Below, piece after piece: positions 50,797 to 63,039 of a stretch of 64,000 nt of DNA (its first letter is position 1; each line of letters starts with the position of its first letter). Location of the stretch: assembly GCA_038316625.1 (NCBI GenBank), contig JBBQAT010000001.1:6987-70986 (forward strand). Direction: 5' to 3'. The notes beneath the pieces were generated by a model. That model ran no database searches. It saw only the letters and a list, made by a program, of their open reading frames with translations, and had not been told where the DNA came from. A program made the position numbers and the translations under genes. This stretch comes from Burkholderiales bacterium (lineage in GTDB: Bacteria; Pseudomonadota; Gammaproteobacteria; Burkholderiales; Rhodocyclaceae).

Positions 50797-53700
50797 ATGG
50801 ATTCGGCTGTACCAGAGCGGCAAGGGTTGTATGACCCGACTAACGAGCACGATGCCTGCGGGGTCGGTTTTGTGGCGCATATCAAGGGGCAGAAGAGCCA
50901 CTCGATTATCAAGCAAGGCCTGTTGATCTTGAAGAATCTGGATCATCGCGGTGCCGTTGGCGCGGATCCTTTGATGGGTGATGGAGCTGGTATTCTGATT
51001 CAAATTCCGGACGAGTATCTCCGTGACGAGATGGCTGGCCAGGGCGTTTTGTTGCCGCGCTTGGGCGATTACGGCGTTGGTATGGTGTTTCTGCCCAAGG
51101 AGTCTGCTTCACGCCTGGCGTGTCAGGAAGAGATCGAGCGTGCGGTTCGTGCTGAAGGGCAGGTCGTACTTGGATGGCGCGACGTGCCAATTGATCGCAC
51201 GATGCCCATGTCACCAACGGTTCGCGACCGTGAGCCGATCATTCGCCAGGTTTTTATTGGCCGTGGCCCTGATGTAATGGTGACCGATGCGCTTGAGCGC
51301 AAGCTCTATGTCATTCGCCGCCGTGCAGCCAACGCCATTCGGGCGCTGGGGCTCGAACACAGCAAAGAATTCTATCAGCCGTCAATGTCGGCGCGAACAA
51401 TTGTCTATAAGGGACTGTTGCTTGCCGATCAGGTCGGTGAGTACTACGTTGATCTAAAGGATCCGCGCTGCGTCTCCGCGCTGGCGCTTGTGCACCAGCG
51501 GTTTTCAACCAACACCTTCCCTACCTGGCCGCTGGCCCATCCTTTTCGGATGATTGCGCACAACGGCGAGATCAACACCCTGCGCGGTAACTACAACTGG
51601 ATGCGGGCACGTGAAAAGGGGACTTCCTCGCCACTGCTTGGAGCCGATCTGGAAAAGATCTGGCCGCTGATTTATCCAAACCAGTCCGATACCGCCTCGT
51701 TCGACAACGCGCTCGAGTTGCTGGTGATGGGTGGCTATTCACTGGCGCATGCCATGATGATGCTGATTCCCGAGGCTTGGGAGTCGCACACGCTGATGGA
51801 TGAGAAGCGCCGCGCCTTCTACGAATATCACGCGGCCATGATGGAGCCGTGGGACGGCCCGGCGGCCGTGGCCTTCACAGATGGCCGCCAGATCGGTGCG
51901 ACGCTTGACCGTAATGGCCTGCGTCCAGCGCGTTATCTTGTAACGAACGATGATCTCGTCGTGATGTCGTCAGAGTCTGGTGTCTTGCCGATTCCTGATG
52001 AGAACATCGTGAAGAAATGGCGCTTGCAGCCGGGTAAAATGTTTCTGATCGACCTTGATCAGGGGCGCATCATTGACGACCTCGAACTGAAGGAAACGCT
52101 GTCACGGCAAAAGCCATATCAGGACTGGGTGGCGCGTATCAACATCAAGCTCGATAGTCTAGACGTTCCGGCGAGTGCTGCCGCCCCTGCATACTCAGAG
52201 TCGCTGCTGGATCGGCAACAGGCATTCGGCTTTACGCAGGAAGACATACGATTCATTCTTGATCCAATGTCCAAGACCGGCGAAGAAGCGACCGGTTCGA
52301 TGGGGAATGATTCGCCACTGGCAGTTCTGTCGAACAAGGACAAACCCTTGTTCAATTACTTCCGGCAACTGTTTGCGCAGGTGACCAATCCTCCGATTGA
52401 TCCGATTCGTGAGCAACTGGTCATGTCGCTGGTGTCCTTCATTGGCCCCAAGCCCAATCTGCTTGGCATCAACGAAATCAATCCACCCTACCGGCTTGAA
52501 GTCTCTCAACCGGTGCTTACTTTTTCCGATATGGCCAAGCTGCGTAATATCGCGGCCTTTACGGATGATCGCTTCCACTCGGCTGAACTTGATATCTGCT
52601 ACCCACTGGCCTGGGGTAAGGAGGGGGTCGAGGCGAGACTTGCTTCGCTGTGCGCCGAGGCCCAGGATGCAGTACTTCGTGGTTGTGGCCTGTTGATTGT
52701 TTCTGATCGGAAGCTTAACAGGGATAACGTCGCGATTCCGGCGCTGCTTGCGACATCGGCGGTGCACCAGCATCTGGTTACCCAAGGTCTGCGTACCCGG
52801 GCAGGTCTGGTCGTGGAAACTGGCTCCGTTCGCGAAACACATCACTTTGCGGTGCTGGCTGGCTATGGTGCTGAGGCGGTGCATCCCTACCTGGCCCTTG
52901 AGACTCTGCAGCAGATGGCCGGAAATGACGAAAATGAACGTGAGAAAGTTGTCAAGCATTTCGTCAAGGGTGTCGGCAAGGGCTTGCTCAAGGTTATGTC
53001 CAAGATGGGTATTTCGACCTATATGTCGTATACCGGCGCGCAGATTTTTGAAGTGATTGGCTTGAAGAGGAAGCTGGTTGATAAGTATTTTACGGGCACT
53101 TCAACGCAGATTGAGGGGATCGGCATTTTCGAGGTGATGGAAGAGGCTATTCGTTTGCACAAGCAAGCCTTTGGCAATGATCCTGTACTGGAAAAAATGC
53201 TCGATACCGGCGGCGAATACGCTTTCCGCGTTCGTGGCGAAGACCATATGTGGACGCCGGATTCCATCGCCAAGCTTCAGCATTCGACCCGAACCGGGAA
53301 GTACGACACCTACAAGGAGTACGCCAAACTGATCAACGACCAGTCGCAGCGGCACATGACGTTGCGTGGGATGTTCGAGATCAAGTCGGCGGGCCCGGTT
53401 GTGCCGCTCAAAGAAGTTGAATCGGCCAAGGAGATCGTCAAGCGTTTCGCAACGGGGGCCATGTCGCTCGGCTCGATTTCGACCGAGGCGCACAGTACGC
53501 TGGCGATCGCCATGAACCGGATCGGAGGCAAGTCGAATACGGGAGAGGGCGGTGAGGATCCTGCGCGCTTCAAGCCAGCTAAAGCGGGTCAAATGGTCTC
53601 CGATATCATCGGCAAGGGGCGCATCGAGCGCGATCTGGAATTGAAAGAAGGCGACAGCCTGCGTTCGGCAATCAAACAGGTGGCCTCTGGACGTTTTGGC

Positions 53701-55485
53701 GTGACCAACGAATATTTAATCAATGCTGATCAGATACAGATCAAAATGTCGCAAGGTGCAAAGCCGGGCGAGGGTGGGCAGTTGCCTGGGCACAAAGTTT
53801 CCGAATACATCGGGTTCCTGCGTCACTCAGTACCGGGCGTCGGGTTAATTTCACCGCCGCCGCACCACGATATCTATTCGATCGAAGATCTGGCGCAGCT
53901 GATTCATGATCTCAAGAATGCTAATGCCAAAGCGTCAATTAGCGTCAAGCTGGTTTCCGAGGTGGGCGTTGGTACGGTGGCGGCTGGAGTGACCAAGGCC
54001 AAGGCCGACCATCTGGTCATCGCCGGGCATGATGGTGGTACCGGTGCCAGTCCGTTGTCATCAATCAAGTATGCCGGGTCTCCGTGGGAACTGGGTCTGG
54101 CCGAGACGCAGCAAACCCTGGTGCTCAACCAGCTGCGCGGCCGTGTTCGCGTACAAGCTGACGGTCAAATGAAGACAGGCCGTGATGTACTGGTCGCTGC
54201 ATTGCTTGGTGCTGACGAGGTGGGTTTTGCGACAGCACCGCTTGTCGTTCAGGGCTGCATCATGATGCGCAAGTGCCATCTCAATACCTGTCCGGTGGGC
54301 GTAGCGACCCAGGATCCGGTTTTGCGCCGGAAGTTCACCGGGCAACCGGAGCATGTGGTTAACTTCTTCTTCTTTGTTGCCGAAGAGTTGCGTGAATTGA
54401 TGGCTCAGATGGGCATTCGCAAGTTCGACGACTTGATCGGGCGCGCTGATCTGCTCGACATGCGCAAAGGTGTCGAGCACTGGAAGGCACAGGGCCTTGA
54501 CTATAGCCGAATTTTCTACCGGGCTGAACGAGGGAATGGAGAGCCGGTCTATCATTGCGAGACTCAAGATCACGGCTTGTCCAAGGCTCTCGACAACCAG
54601 ATCATCGAATTGGCTAAACCGGCGCTCGAAAAGGGCAAACCGGTCAAGATCGAACTCGCTATTCGAAATGCCAATCGAACGGTAGGTGCGATGCTTTCCA
54701 GCCGGATTGCCGCGAAGTATGGCTATGCCGGCCTGCCAGATGGAACCATAAATATCACGCTCAAGGGAACTGCCGGACAAAGCTTCGGCGCATTGCTTGC
54801 GCGTGGTGTGACTATGGAGCTTATCGGCGAAGGAAATGACTACGTTGGCAAAGGCTTGTCCGGTGGACGCATCATTGTTCGGCCGAATTCTGCTTTCATA
54901 GGCGATACTGCTAATAACATCATTGTCGGGAATACCGTGCTTTACGGCGCGATCGAGGGTGAAGCCTTCTTCGCCGGGGTGGCTGGTGAGCGTTTCGCTG
55001 TTCGGAACTCGGGGGCGACCGTCGTTGTCGAGGGCGTTGGCGATCACGGATGCGAATACATGACCGGTGGAACAGTCGTCGTGCTCGGCATGACCGGACG
55101 CAACTTCGCTGCCGGTATGTCAGGTGGAGTCGCTTTCGTTCTCGACATGGAAGGAACGTTTAACTCGCGCTGTAACATGACGCAGGTGGCGCTGGAGCCG
55201 ATTGAAGAAGAAATCGCTGCACGCAAGGGCAGTGGTGCCGGGGACGAGTTGGAAAGCCATGGCAAGGTTGATGTTCATCACCTTGGGGTCGCGGATGAAG
55301 TGCTGCTCAAAGGCTTGATCGAGAAACATGCAAAATATACGAGTAGCCTGACAGCCTTGCGGATACTCGATGACTGGGCGGGTTATCGCGCCCGTTTCGT
55401 TAAAGTCATGCCGCACGAATATCGTCGCGCTCTCACCGAAATGGCCGCACAACGGGCCGAGAATCAGCAACTGGAGGCAGTGTAA
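50797..55485 (+). CDS. gltB: Glutamate synthase large subunit
   Basis: [36 protein letters not shown], 3Fe-4S cysteines, GXGXG domain. Confidence 0.98.
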   Translation: MDSAVPERQGLYDPTNEHDACGVGFVAHIKGQKSHSIIKQGLLILKNLDHRGAVGADPLMGDGAGILIQIPDEYLRDEMAGQGVLLPRLGDYGVGMVFLPKESASRLACQEEIERAVRAEGQVVLGWRDVPIDRTMPMSPTVRDREPIIRQVFIGRGPDVMVTDALERKLYVIRRRAANAIRALGLEHSKEFYQPSMSARTIVYKGLLLADQVGEYYVDLKDPRCVSALALVHQRFSTNTFPTWPLAHPFRMIAHNGEINTLRGNYNWMRAREKGTSSPLLGADLEKIWPLIYPNQSDTASFDNALELLVMGGYSLAHAMMMLIPEAWESHTLMDEKRRAFYEYHAAMMEPWDGPAAVAFTDGRQIGATLDRNGLRPARYLVTNDDLVVMSSESGVLPIPDENIVKKWRLQPGKMFLIDLDQGRIIDDLELKETLSRQKPYQDWVARINIKLDSLDVPASAAAPAYSESLLDRQQAFGFTQEDIRFILDPMSKTGEEATGSMGNDSPLAVLSNKDKPLFNYFRQLFAQVTNPPIDPIREQLVMSLVSFIGPKPNLLGINEINPPYRLEVSQPVLTFSDMAKLRNIAAFTDDRFHSAELDICYPLAWGKEGVEARLASLCAEAQDAVLRGCGLLIVSDRKLNRDNVAIPALLATSAVHQHLVTQGLRTRAGLVVETGSVRETHHFAVLAGYGAEAVHPYLALETLQQMAGNDENEREKVVKHFVKGVGKGLLKVMSKMGISTYMSYTGAQIFEVIGLKRKLVDKYFTGTSTQIEGIGIFEVMEEAIRLHKQAFGNDPVLEKMLDTGGEYAFRVRGEDHMWTPDSIAKLQHSTRTGKYDTYKEYAKLINDQSQRHMTLRGMFEIKSAGPVVPLKEVESAKEIVKRFATGAMSLGSISTEAHSTLAIAMNRIGGKSNTGEGGEDPARFKPAKAGQMVSDIIGKGRIERDLELKEGDSLRSAIKQVASGRFGVTNEYLINADQIQIKMSQGAKPGEGGQLPGHKVSEYIGFLRHSVPGVGLISPPPHHDIYSIEDLAQLIHDLKNANAKASISVKLVSEVGVGTVAAGVTKAKADHLVIAGHDGGTGASPLSSIKYAGSPWELGLAETQQTLVLNQLRGRVRVQADGQMKTGRDVLVAALLGADEVGFATAPLVVQGCIMMRKCHLNTCPVGVATQDPVLRRKFTGQPEHVVNFFFFVAEELRELMAQMGIRKFDDLIGRADLLDMRKGVEHWKAQGLDYSRIFYRAERGNGEPVYHCETQDHGLSKALDNQIIELAKPALEKGKPVKIELAIRNANRTVGAMLSSRIAAKYGYAGLPDGTINITLKGTAGQSFGALLARGVTMELIGEGNDYVGKGLSGGRIIVRPNSAFIGDTANNIIVGNTVLYGAIEGEAFFAGVAGERFAVRNSGATVVVEGVGDHGCEYMTGGTVVVLGMTGRNFAAGMSGGVAFVLDMEGTFNSRCNMTQVALEPIEEEIAARKGSGAGDELESHGKVDVHHLGVADEVLLKGLIEKHAKYTSSLTALRILDDWAGYRARFVKVMPHEYRRALTEMAAQRAENQQLEAV

Positions 55486-56952
55486 ATGGGAAAGCCGACC
55501 GGCTTTATGGAGCGACAACGCCTGGCTGAGGCTTACGAGCCCGTCGAGACGCGCCTGAAGCATTATCGTGAATTTGTTGCGACACTCAACGATGAGCAAA
55601 CGCGAGTGCAGGGGTCGCGCTGCATGGATTGTGGTGTCCCGTTCTGTACCAACGGCTGCCCGGTAAACAACATCATTCCGGACTGGAATGACCTTGTTTA
55701 CCGCGGTAACTGGGAGCAGGCGCTGTTCGTGCTTCATTCAACCAACAATTTTCCGGACTTTACCGGCCGTATTTGTCCCGCGCCTTGTGAGGCTGCTTGT
55801 ACGCTCAATATCAACAATGAAGCGGTAGGTATCAAGTCGATTGAGCATGCGATTGTCGATAAGGGCTGGCAGATGGGCTGGATCGTTCCGCAGCCGCCTA
55901 AGACCAAGACTGGCAAGAAAATTGCCATTATCGGTTCTGGTCCGGCAGGATTGGCTGCCGCTCAGCAACTGGCGCGAGTTGGGCATGACGTAACGGTGTT
56001 CGAGAAGAACGCCCGTCTTGGGGGCCTGCTTGGCTACGGTATCCCTGACTTCAAGCTTGACAAGTCCTTGATTGAACGTCGCGTCAAACAGATGGAGGCT
56101 GAAGGTGTCGTATTCCGTACCAAGGTGGTCGTCGGATTTAAGGACCTTCCAGCGCGTATTGCCAACGATGCAACCGAATTCGTCTCGGCTGAACAGATCA
56201 TCAACGGTTTCGATGCAGTGGTTTTGGCCGCCGGTTCGGAAGTGCCGCGCGACTTGATGATTCCCGGGCGTGATTTGAAAGGCGTTTATACGGCACTGGA
56301 GTTCCTGATTCCACAGAACAGATTTGTTGGTGGCAGTAAGGCTAATCCGATCAACGCCAAAGGTAAGCATGTTGTCGTTATCGGGGGCGGAGATACCGGG
56401 TCAGATTGCGTTGGAACCAGTTATCGCCACGGTGCCGCCTCAGTAACTCAGTTCGAACTGATGCCGCAACCTCCCGAAGAGGAAAATCGCCCACTGACTT
56501 GGCCGAATTGGCCACTGAAGATGCGTACTTCTTCGTCGCACCTTGAAGGTGATACGCAACGCAGGTTTGCCATTGCGACCAAGGAGTTTGGCGGAGAGAA
56601 GGGGGCGCTCAAATCCCTGACGACCGTTGAACTGGACTGGAAAGATGGCAAGATGAGCGAGATTGTCGGCAGCGAAAAAACATTTCCGGCCGATCTGGTT
56701 TTTTTGGCGATGGGTTTTTTGAGCCCGGTTAGTGGTCTGTTGGATGCGTTCGGTGTCGAGAAAGACTCGCGCGGGAATGCCAAAGCAACAACTGATGGCG
56801 CAGGCTGTTATGCCACCAGCGCTGACAAGGTGTTTGCCGCGGGTGATACGCGCCGTGGTCAGTCTCTGGTTGTCTGGGCCATCCGAGAAGGCCGTCAATG
56901 TGCCAGAGAGGTCGATGTTTTTCTGATGGGTGCGAGTACCCTGCCACGCTGA
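55486..56952 (+). CDS. gltD: Glutamate synthase small subunit
   Basis: [39 protein letters not shown]. Confidence 0.98.
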   Translation: MGKPTGFMERQRLAEAYEPVETRLKHYREFVATLNDEQTRVQGSRCMDCGVPFCTNGCPVNNIIPDWNDLVYRGNWEQALFVLHSTNNFPDFTGRICPAPCEAACTLNINNEAVGIKSIEHAIVDKGWQMGWIVPQPPKTKTGKKIAIIGSGPAGLAAAQQLARVGHDVTVFEKNARLGGLLGYGIPDFKLDKSLIERRVKQMEAEGVVFRTKVVVGFKDLPARIANDATEFVSAEQIINGFDAVVLAAGSEVPRDLMIPGRDLKGVYTALEFLIPQNRFVGGSKANPINAKGKHVVVIGGGDTGSDCVGTSYRHGAASVTQFELMPQPPEEENRPLTWPNWPLKMRTSSSHLEGDTQRRFAIATKEFGGEKGALKSLTTVELDWKDGKMSEIVGSEKTFPADLVFLAMGFLSPVSGLLDAFGVEKDSRGNAKATTDGAGCYATSADKVFAAGDTRRGQSLVVWAIREGRQCAREVDVFLMGASTLPR

Positions 56953-56973
56953 TTGCGGGGGCTTCCTCGTTTG

Positions 56974-57006
56974 AAAAGCCCCCGCTTCAGAGCGGGGGTT
57001 TTTCTT
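56974..57006 (+). terminator. Rho-independent terminator after gltD, with an alternative upstream pairing
   Basis: AAAAGCCCCCGC-ttcaga-GCGGGGGTTTTTCTT; its 5' arm is also complementary to 56955-56964. Confidence 0.8.
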
Positions 57007-57061
57007 GGGCTTAGGGCAAGGCTATGGCATAGTAGCGGTTGCCAAGATGGGGGAGTGGACG

Positions 57062-57799
57062 ATGAATCCGGAATTGCAAAAATCCTTGCAGGTCTCTGCG
57101 TTGTCCGGCGGGTTGGACAGCTACATGCTGCTTATCTTGCTGATCATGATCGCTGCCGGGATTCTTGGTGGCGTCGCCAATTGTTTTCTGAATGATCGGC
57201 AGAATGAAGGTGGTCGCCGGGACTGGGGAAAATACACAATCCTTGGTGTGATTGCTGCGTTGACTGTGCCGCTCTTCCTCAACATGATTTCCAGCAATCT
57301 GCTCGAGGCTGCGAGAACCCGTCCCGTTGATCTTTTCGTCTTCGCCGGTTTTTGCCTGATCTATGTTGTGGCTACTCGCCGGGTTACAGAAAATGCGGCC
57401 AACAAGCTACTCAATCAGATGGATCAGATGAAACGTGAGATGGTCCAACTCAAACAGCAACGTCAGGATATGCCGCATCCGCCTGCTCGTGAAGAGCACG
57501 CGCCGATGGTTGAAGTTCCGGTCGCTCTAAAGACTGAGGCAATCAAGGAGTCGTTGTCTTATAATGACATCGAGATTCTTCGTGCGCTTGCCGAGGAGAG
57601 TTACGTTTATGGAAATCTGGTCGGTTTGACGGATAAAACCGGACTGGCACGTGATCTGGTCAGCGCGCGATTGGCCGTTCTTAAATCTCTCGGCATCATT
57701 GAAACCCGAATCAACGACAAGAATGTCCTGCACTGGTTTGTTTCGCCGAAAGGTAAACAAATGTTGGGAGACATTCTTTCCGGACAGGAAGATCGTTAA
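57062..57799 (+). CDS. Three-TM (YLATT-like) protein with coiled coil and C-terminal winged-helix-like domain
   Basis: [16 protein letters not shown] and FAGFCL TM motifs; C-terminal [38 protein letters not shown]. Confidence 0.65.
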   Translation: MNPELQKSLQVSALSGGLDSYMLLILLIMIAAGILGGVANCFLNDRQNEGGRRDWGKYTILGVIAALTVPLFLNMISSNLLEAARTRPVDLFVFAGFCLIYVVATRRVTENAANKLLNQMDQMKREMVQLKQQRQDMPHPPAREEHAPMVEVPVALKTEAIKESLSYNDIEILRALAEESYVYGNLVGLTDKTGLARDLVSARLAVLKSLGIIETRINDKNVLHWFVSPKGKQMLGDILSGQEDR

Positions 57800-57828
57800 A
57801 TTCCGGTCCGTTTCACCAGGTATTTAAT

Positions 57829-59187
57829 ATGAATATAGTTATTCTCGCGGCGGGGCAGGGGAAGCGCATGCATTCCAACCTCCCCAAAGTCCTGCATCCT
57901 GTAGCCGGCAAGGCGCTGGTAGCGCACGTGATAGACACTGCGCGTCACTTGTCTCCGCAAACCCTTTGTCTGGTCTATGGACATGGCGCTGATGCCGTGC
58001 GCACTACGCTTGATGCCCCTGATCTGGCCTGGGCTCTGCAAGAGCCACAACTGGGCACGGGGCATGCCGTGCAACAGGCTTTGCCGCATTTGAAAGGGAA
58101 TGGAACGACGCTCATTCTGTACGGTGACGTTCCGTTGATACAGGCCGAAACACTGAAGCGGCTTCTACATGCCGCTCAGAATGCGCTAGCCATTCTCACG
58201 GTTGAACTGGCTGATCCGACTGGTTATGGCCGTATTGTCCGCAGCGATGCAGAGCAGGTTGTTCGCATTGTCGAACAGAAAGACTCCACGGCCGAAGAGC
58301 GCCAGATTCGTGAAATTAATACCGGGATCATGGCCATGCCGACAGAGCGGCTTGGCGAATGGCTTGGTCGTTTGTCCAACAACAATGCACAGAAAGAATA
58401 CTACCTGACCGATATTGTCGGCATGGCTGTCGAGGCAGGTTTGCCGATTCGCACCGCCAACCCGAAGTTCGAATGGGAGGTGCTCGGTGTCAACAGCAAG
58501 GTTCAGCTTGCTGAACTCGAACGTATTGCCCAGCGCAGAAACGCCGAGCAACTGATGGAGCAGGGCGTTCGTCTGGCGGATCCGGCGCGTCTCGATGTGC
58601 GGGGCGAGCTGGTTTGCGGGCGTGACGTGTTCATCGATGTCAACTGTGTGTTCGAGGGAAAAGTTGTGCTCGATGAAGCGGTGGAAGTCGGTCCGAACTG
58701 TGTGCTGAAAAATGCCCGTATCGGTGCCGGAGCGCGTCTTGCGGCCTTCACGCATATCGAAGATGCCGTGGTCGGGCCGGACGGCAGGATCGGCCCGTTT
58801 GCCCGTCTGCGTCCGGGCACCGAGTTGGCAGAGGACGTGCATATAGGCAACTTCGTCGAGATCAAGAAGAGCAAGATTGCGGCCCATTCCAAAGCCAATC
58901 ATTTAGCTTATATCGGCGATGCCATCATCGGTAGTCGGGTAAATATCGGTGCCGGTACGATTACCTGCAACTACGACGGGACCAACAAGTTTCAGACGAT
59001 CATCGAGGATGATGCGTTCATCGGCTCTGATACCCAGCTTGTTGCGCCGGTTACTGTTGGCCGTGGTGCAACGCTCGGGGCAGGTACGACCCTGACCAAG
59101 GATGCCCCGCCTGATACGCTGACCATTTCCCGTGCGAAGCAGGTCTCCATCACGGGCTGGAAGCGGCCTGTTAAAACGAAATTGTGA
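57829..59187 (+). CDS. glmU: Bifunctional UDP-GlcNAc pyrophosphorylase/acetyltransferase
   Basis: [22 protein letters not shown], hexapeptide repeats, NYDG. Confidence 0.98.
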   Translation: MNIVILAAGQGKRMHSNLPKVLHPVAGKALVAHVIDTARHLSPQTLCLVYGHGADAVRTTLDAPDLAWALQEPQLGTGHAVQQALPHLKGNGTTLILYGDVPLIQAETLKRLLHAAQNALAILTVELADPTGYGRIVRSDAEQVVRIVEQKDSTAEERQIREINTGIMAMPTERLGEWLGRLSNNNAQKEYYLTDIVGMAVEAGLPIRTANPKFEWEVLGVNSKVQLAELERIAQRRNAEQLMEQGVRLADPARLDVRGELVCGRDVFIDVNCVFEGKVVLDEAVEVGPNCVLKNARIGAGARLAAFTHIEDAVVGPDGRIGPFARLRPGTELAEDVHIGNFVEIKKSKIAAHSKANHLAYIGDAIIGSRVNIGAGTITCNYDGTNKFQTIIEDDAFIGSDTQLVAPVTVGRGATLGAGTTLTKDAPPDTLTISRAKQVSITGWKRPVKTKL

Positions 59188-59194
59188 GCTAATT

Positions 59195-61024
59195 ATGTGT
59201 GGAATCGTTGCTGCGGTCGCCGACCGAAATATTGTCCCCGTTCTTCTTGAAGGTCTGCGTCGACTGGAATATCGCGGCTATGACTCAGCCGGATTGGCAC
59301 TGATCAACGAGACCGGTTTGCAGCGTTTGCGCGCTGTTGGCCGGGTGGCGGAATTGACCGCACAAGTTGACGAGACTGGCGCGACAGGACATACGGGAAT
59401 TGCTCACACCCGTTGGGCAACACATGGTGTACCCAGCGAGCGTAATGCCCACCCGCATATTTCGGGTGGGCTAGCCGTCGTGCATAACGGGATCATTGAG
59501 AATCATGAGGCCTTGCGCTCAAAACTTAGGGCAGAAGGCTATGAATTTACGTCGGAAACCGATACCGAGGTTGTAGCGCATCTTATTGCCTCCGAACTGA
59601 AACAGACGCCGGACCTATTTGCCGCAACGCGTGCAGCGATTCTTCAACTGCAGGGGGCTTATGCGCTGGCCGTGTTGCGCGAGACTGATCCGAGTCGCGT
59701 GATTGTCGCTCGTGAAGGCTCGCCGCTGTTGCTGGGCTTGTCGGACGATGGTAACTATGCCGCTTCCGATGCATCTGCTCTGCTACAGGTGACGCGCCGT
59801 ATCGTTTATCTTGAAAACGGGGATTGTGCCGAACTGATGCGCGGAAGCTATCGGGTGATGCGCATTGATGGCACGCCGGTCGAGCGTGCCGAGACCGAAT
59901 CACATCTTTCGGCTGATGCTGTTGAACTTGGTTTGTATCGCCACTATATGCAGAAGGAAATCTTCGAGCAGCCGGTGGCGCTTGCCAACACGCTTGAAAT
60001 GCTCGGTGCGGCGCGCAGTATTCAGCCCGGACTATTTGGTGCCAACACCGAAGGAGTGCTCAAAGAAGTGCGGCAGGTGCTGATTATTGCCTGTGGCACG
60101 AGTTATCACGCTGGTCTGGTTGCCCGTTACTGGCTTGAGGCAATTGCTGGTATTCCGTGCAATGTTGAAGTTGCCAGCGAATACCGTTACCGCGAATCTG
60201 TTCCCGATCCGTTTACATTGGTTGTCACATTGTCGCAATCTGGTGAAACAGCCGACACGCTGGCCGCCCTGCAGCACGCCAAGTCACTCGGCATGACGCG
60301 TACGCTGTGCATCTGCAACGTGCCCGAGTCCTCTTTGGTGCGCGAGAATTCGTTGCGTTTCATCACTCGCGCCGGCCCCGAAATTGGAGTTGCATCGACC
60401 AAAGCATTTACTACGCAACTCGCTGCGCTCTACTTGTTGACGCTGATATTTGCCAAGTTGCGTGGCCGTCTTCCCGAGCAGGTTGAGGCGGCCGAATTGC
60501 AAGCCTTGCGCCACCTTCCGAGTGCTGTAACCAAAGTGCTCGAACTTGAGCCTGGGATTCGCGAATGGTCTGAACGCTTTGCCATGAAACAGGATGCACT
60601 CTTCCTTGGGCGCGGTAGGCATTACCCGATCGCGATGGAAGGTGCCCTTAAACTCAAGGAAATTAGCTACATCCATGCCGAGGCTTACCCTGCTGGCGAA
60701 CTTAAACATGGTCCGCTGGCACTGGTTGACAAGGAAATGCCAGTGATCGCCGTTGCTCCGAACGACATCTTGCTTGAAAAGCTGAAATCCAATCTACAAG
60801 AAGTCCGCGCGCGCGGCGGCGAGTTGTACGTGTTTGCCGACGCCGATAGCGAAATGATCGCCTCAGATGGCGTGCACGTCATGCAATTGCCAGAACACTA
60901 TGGACAGCTTTCCCCGTTGCTCCACGTCGTGCCCTTGCAATTGCTGGCCTATCACGTTGCTCTTGTTCGTGGGACCGATGTGGACAAGCCGCGTAATTTG
61001 GCGAAATCCGTGACGGTTGAGTGA
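59195..61024 (+). CDS. glmS: Glutamine--fructose-6-phosphate aminotransferase
   Basis: [39 protein letters not shown]. Confidence 0.98.
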   Translation: MCGIVAAVADRNIVPVLLEGLRRLEYRGYDSAGLALINETGLQRLRAVGRVAELTAQVDETGATGHTGIAHTRWATHGVPSERNAHPHISGGLAVVHNGIIENHEALRSKLRAEGYEFTSETDTEVVAHLIASELKQTPDLFAATRAAILQLQGAYALAVLRETDPSRVIVAREGSPLLLGLSDDGNYAASDASALLQVTRRIVYLENGDCAELMRGSYRVMRIDGTPVERAETESHLSADAVELGLYRHYMQKEIFEQPVALANTLEMLGAARSIQPGLFGANTEGVLKEVRQVLIIACGTSYHAGLVARYWLEAIAGIPCNVEVASEYRYRESVPDPFTLVVTLSQSGETADTLAALQHAKSLGMTRTLCICNVPESSLVRENSLRFITRAGPEIGVASTKAFTTQLAALYLLTLIFAKLRGRLPEQVEAAELQALRHLPSAVTKVLELEPGIREWSERFAMKQDALFLGRGRHYPIAMEGALKLKEISYIHAEAYPAGELKHGPLALVDKEMPVIAVAPNDILLEKLKSNLQEVRARGGELYVFADADSEMIASDGVHVMQLPEHYGQLSPLLHVVPLQLLAYHVALVRGTDVDKPRNLAKSVTVE

Positions 61025-61094
61025 GCTCCTCCCGAGCTTCTCAAATTGGCAGCGAACATAGGCGCGGTGTTTTTGCCGTTGGCGGGCTGGTTTT

Positions 61095-61670
61095 CTAGCG
61101 GTGAATGACCACCAGTAAGGCTTTCGCTTCGGACTTGCCGGGGTTGTGGATGCGGTGGCTGCGGTCGGCCTGGTAACGGGCCGTCGCACCGGTCTTCAGC
61201 TTTTTCTTCTCGCCATCGACTTCCAATTCCATTGTTCCTTGCAATAACGTCAGGTGTTCGGTTGCGCCAGGGTCGTGCGGATTCGACGCGAGTTCGCCGT
61301 TCGGTGCCAGTGTCAGTTCGTACCATTCGAATTTTCCTGCCAACTCCATCGGTCCCAGGATGCGCAGCACGTAGCCAGCGTGGTCGCCCGGTAGGGTCGG
61401 CAACTCGTGCGCTTCCAGTACGCGGATTGTCTCAACGACCTGGTTTTCCGAGGTAAGCAGTTCGCCGATGCTGACGCCCAACGCATTGGCCAGCCGCCAG
61501 GCGACGGCAATGGTCGGATTGGCTTTTTCGCGTTCGATTTGTGACAGCATAGACTTCGAGACGCCGGCGGCACGCGACAGGTCTTCGAGCGTCAAACCCC
61601 GTGCAAGCCGCATTTTCTGCAGAGTGGCCCCCACTTCCGGTGGCGTTGGTGCGGTGTTGGGAATTTTCAT
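61095..61670 (-). CDS. XRE-family HTH + cupin transcriptional regulator
   Basis: GVSKSMLSQIER..NPT HTH; cupin EHLTLLQG..HRIHN; divergent from kbl. Confidence 0.92.
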   Translation of the reverse strand: MKIPNTAPTPPEVGATLQKMRLARGLTLEDLSRAAGVSKSMLSQIEREKANPTIAVAWRLANALGVSIGELLTSENQVVETIRVLEAHELPTLPGDHAGYVLRILGPMELAGKFEWYELTLAPNGELASNPHDPGATEHLTLLQGTMELEVDGEKKKLKTGATARYQADRSHRIHNPGKSEAKALLVVIHR

Positions 61671-61706
61671 TGGAAGGCTTGCAAAGTTAAATGGGACTGG
61701 TTAGTA

Positions 61707-61740
61707 TCCGTTATATCGAATTGTTGTTCTGTATAACGGA
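61707..61740. promoter_or_regulatory. Inverted-repeat operator between the XRE gene and kbl
   Basis: TCCGTTATA-N16-TATAACGGA. Confidence 0.6.
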
Positions 61741-61819
61741 ATTGTATAAAACGACTGAATCACTATGCTAGCAGAGGACGCCGTCTTCGGCTCGATAACA
61801 GGAACTGCGCGAGCTACAC

Positions 61820-63028
61820 ATGACGAAAAACGGAATACAAGAGTCTTTCTACACCGGCCTGCAAGGCAGTCTGGACGCCCTTCGCGAGCAGGGGCTTTAC
61901 AAGCAGGAGCGGGTGCTGGCGTCACGCCAGGGCAGCACGGTCGTTTGCGACGATGGTCGGCAACTGATCAATCTCTGCGCCAATAATTACCTCGGATTGT
62001 CGGGAGACGAGGCGCTGGTTAAAGCGGCCGTCGCTGCAACCGAGCAGTACGGTTACGGCCTGTCTTCGGTGCGCTTCATTTGCGGTACGCAAACGGTACA
62101 CAAGCAGCTGGAAAGAGCGATTGCCGAATTTCTCGGCATGGAGGATGCGATCCTTTATGCCGCTGCCTTTGATGCAAATGGTGGGGTGTTCGAACCGCTC
62201 TTTGATGAATCCGACGCGATCATTTCGGACGCGCTCAACCACGCGTCGATTATCGACGGCATCCGCTTATCTAAAGCGGCGCGTTACCGCTATGCGCACA
62301 ACGACATGGCCGATCTCGAATTGCAATTGCAGGCAGCTGCTGGCCAGCGTCACAAGGTGATTGTCAGCGATGGCGTGTTCTCGATGGACGGCACCATCGC
62401 CCAACTCGACAAAATCTGCGATCTGGCCGACCGCTATGGCGCGCTGGTAATGATCGATGAATGCCATGCTTCCGGCTTCATGGGCGCTACCGGGCGTGGG
62501 ACGCATGAGCACCACGGTGTGATGGGCCGCATCGACATTATTACCGGTACGCTGGGCAAAGCGCTGGGCGGCGCGATGGGCGGCTTTACGGCGGCGCGTC
62601 GCGAAGTTATCGAGATGTTGCGCCAAAAGTCACGTCCCTATCTGTTCTCGAACAGCCTTGCGCCGACCATCGCCGGGACGTCGCTGGAAGTGCTCAAGCG
62701 CCTGTCCGCTTCGACCGAGTTGCGCGACCGCTTGCATGCAAATACCGCTTATTTCCGTTCTGCCATCAGTGCCCTTGGTTTCACCATCAAGCCCGGAACG
62801 CATCCCGTGGTGCCGGTAATGATCTTCGATGCACCGCTTGCGCAGAAGTTTGCTCGTCGTCTTTATGAACTGGGAGTGCTGGCCACCGGATTCTTCTATC
62901 CGGTGGTTCCCATGGGGCAGGCTCGGGTGCGCGTACAACTTTCTGCGGCGCATAGCCGCGAACAACTGGATACGGCCTTGGCCGCCTTCGCCCAGGCAGG
63001 GCATGAATTGGGCCTGCTGAGCAAGTAA
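61820..63028 (+). CDS. kbl: Glycine C-acetyltransferase (2-amino-3-ketobutyrate CoA ligase)
   Basis: CANNYLGL, SVRFICGT, NHASIIDG, TLGKALGG, RPYLFSN. Confidence 0.96.
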   Translation: MTKNGIQESFYTGLQGSLDALREQGLYKQERVLASRQGSTVVCDDGRQLINLCANNYLGLSGDEALVKAAVAATEQYGYGLSSVRFICGTQTVHKQLERAIAEFLGMEDAILYAAAFDANGGVFEPLFDESDAIISDALNHASIIDGIRLSKAARYRYAHNDMADLELQLQAAAGQRHKVIVSDGVFSMDGTIAQLDKICDLADRYGALVMIDECHASGFMGATGRGTHEHHGVMGRIDIITGTLGKALGGAMGGFTAARREVIEMLRQKSRPYLFSNSLAPTIAGTSLEVLKRLSASTELRDRLHANTAYFRSAISALGFTIKPGTHPVVPVMIFDAPLAQKFARRLYELGVLATGFFYPVVPMGQARVRVQLSAAHSREQLDTALAAFAQAGHELGLLSK

Positions 63029-63039
63029 AGGATAATGAA

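Noticed and set aside
54061-55047. 328-aa antisense ORF
   Set aside because: Shadow of gltB
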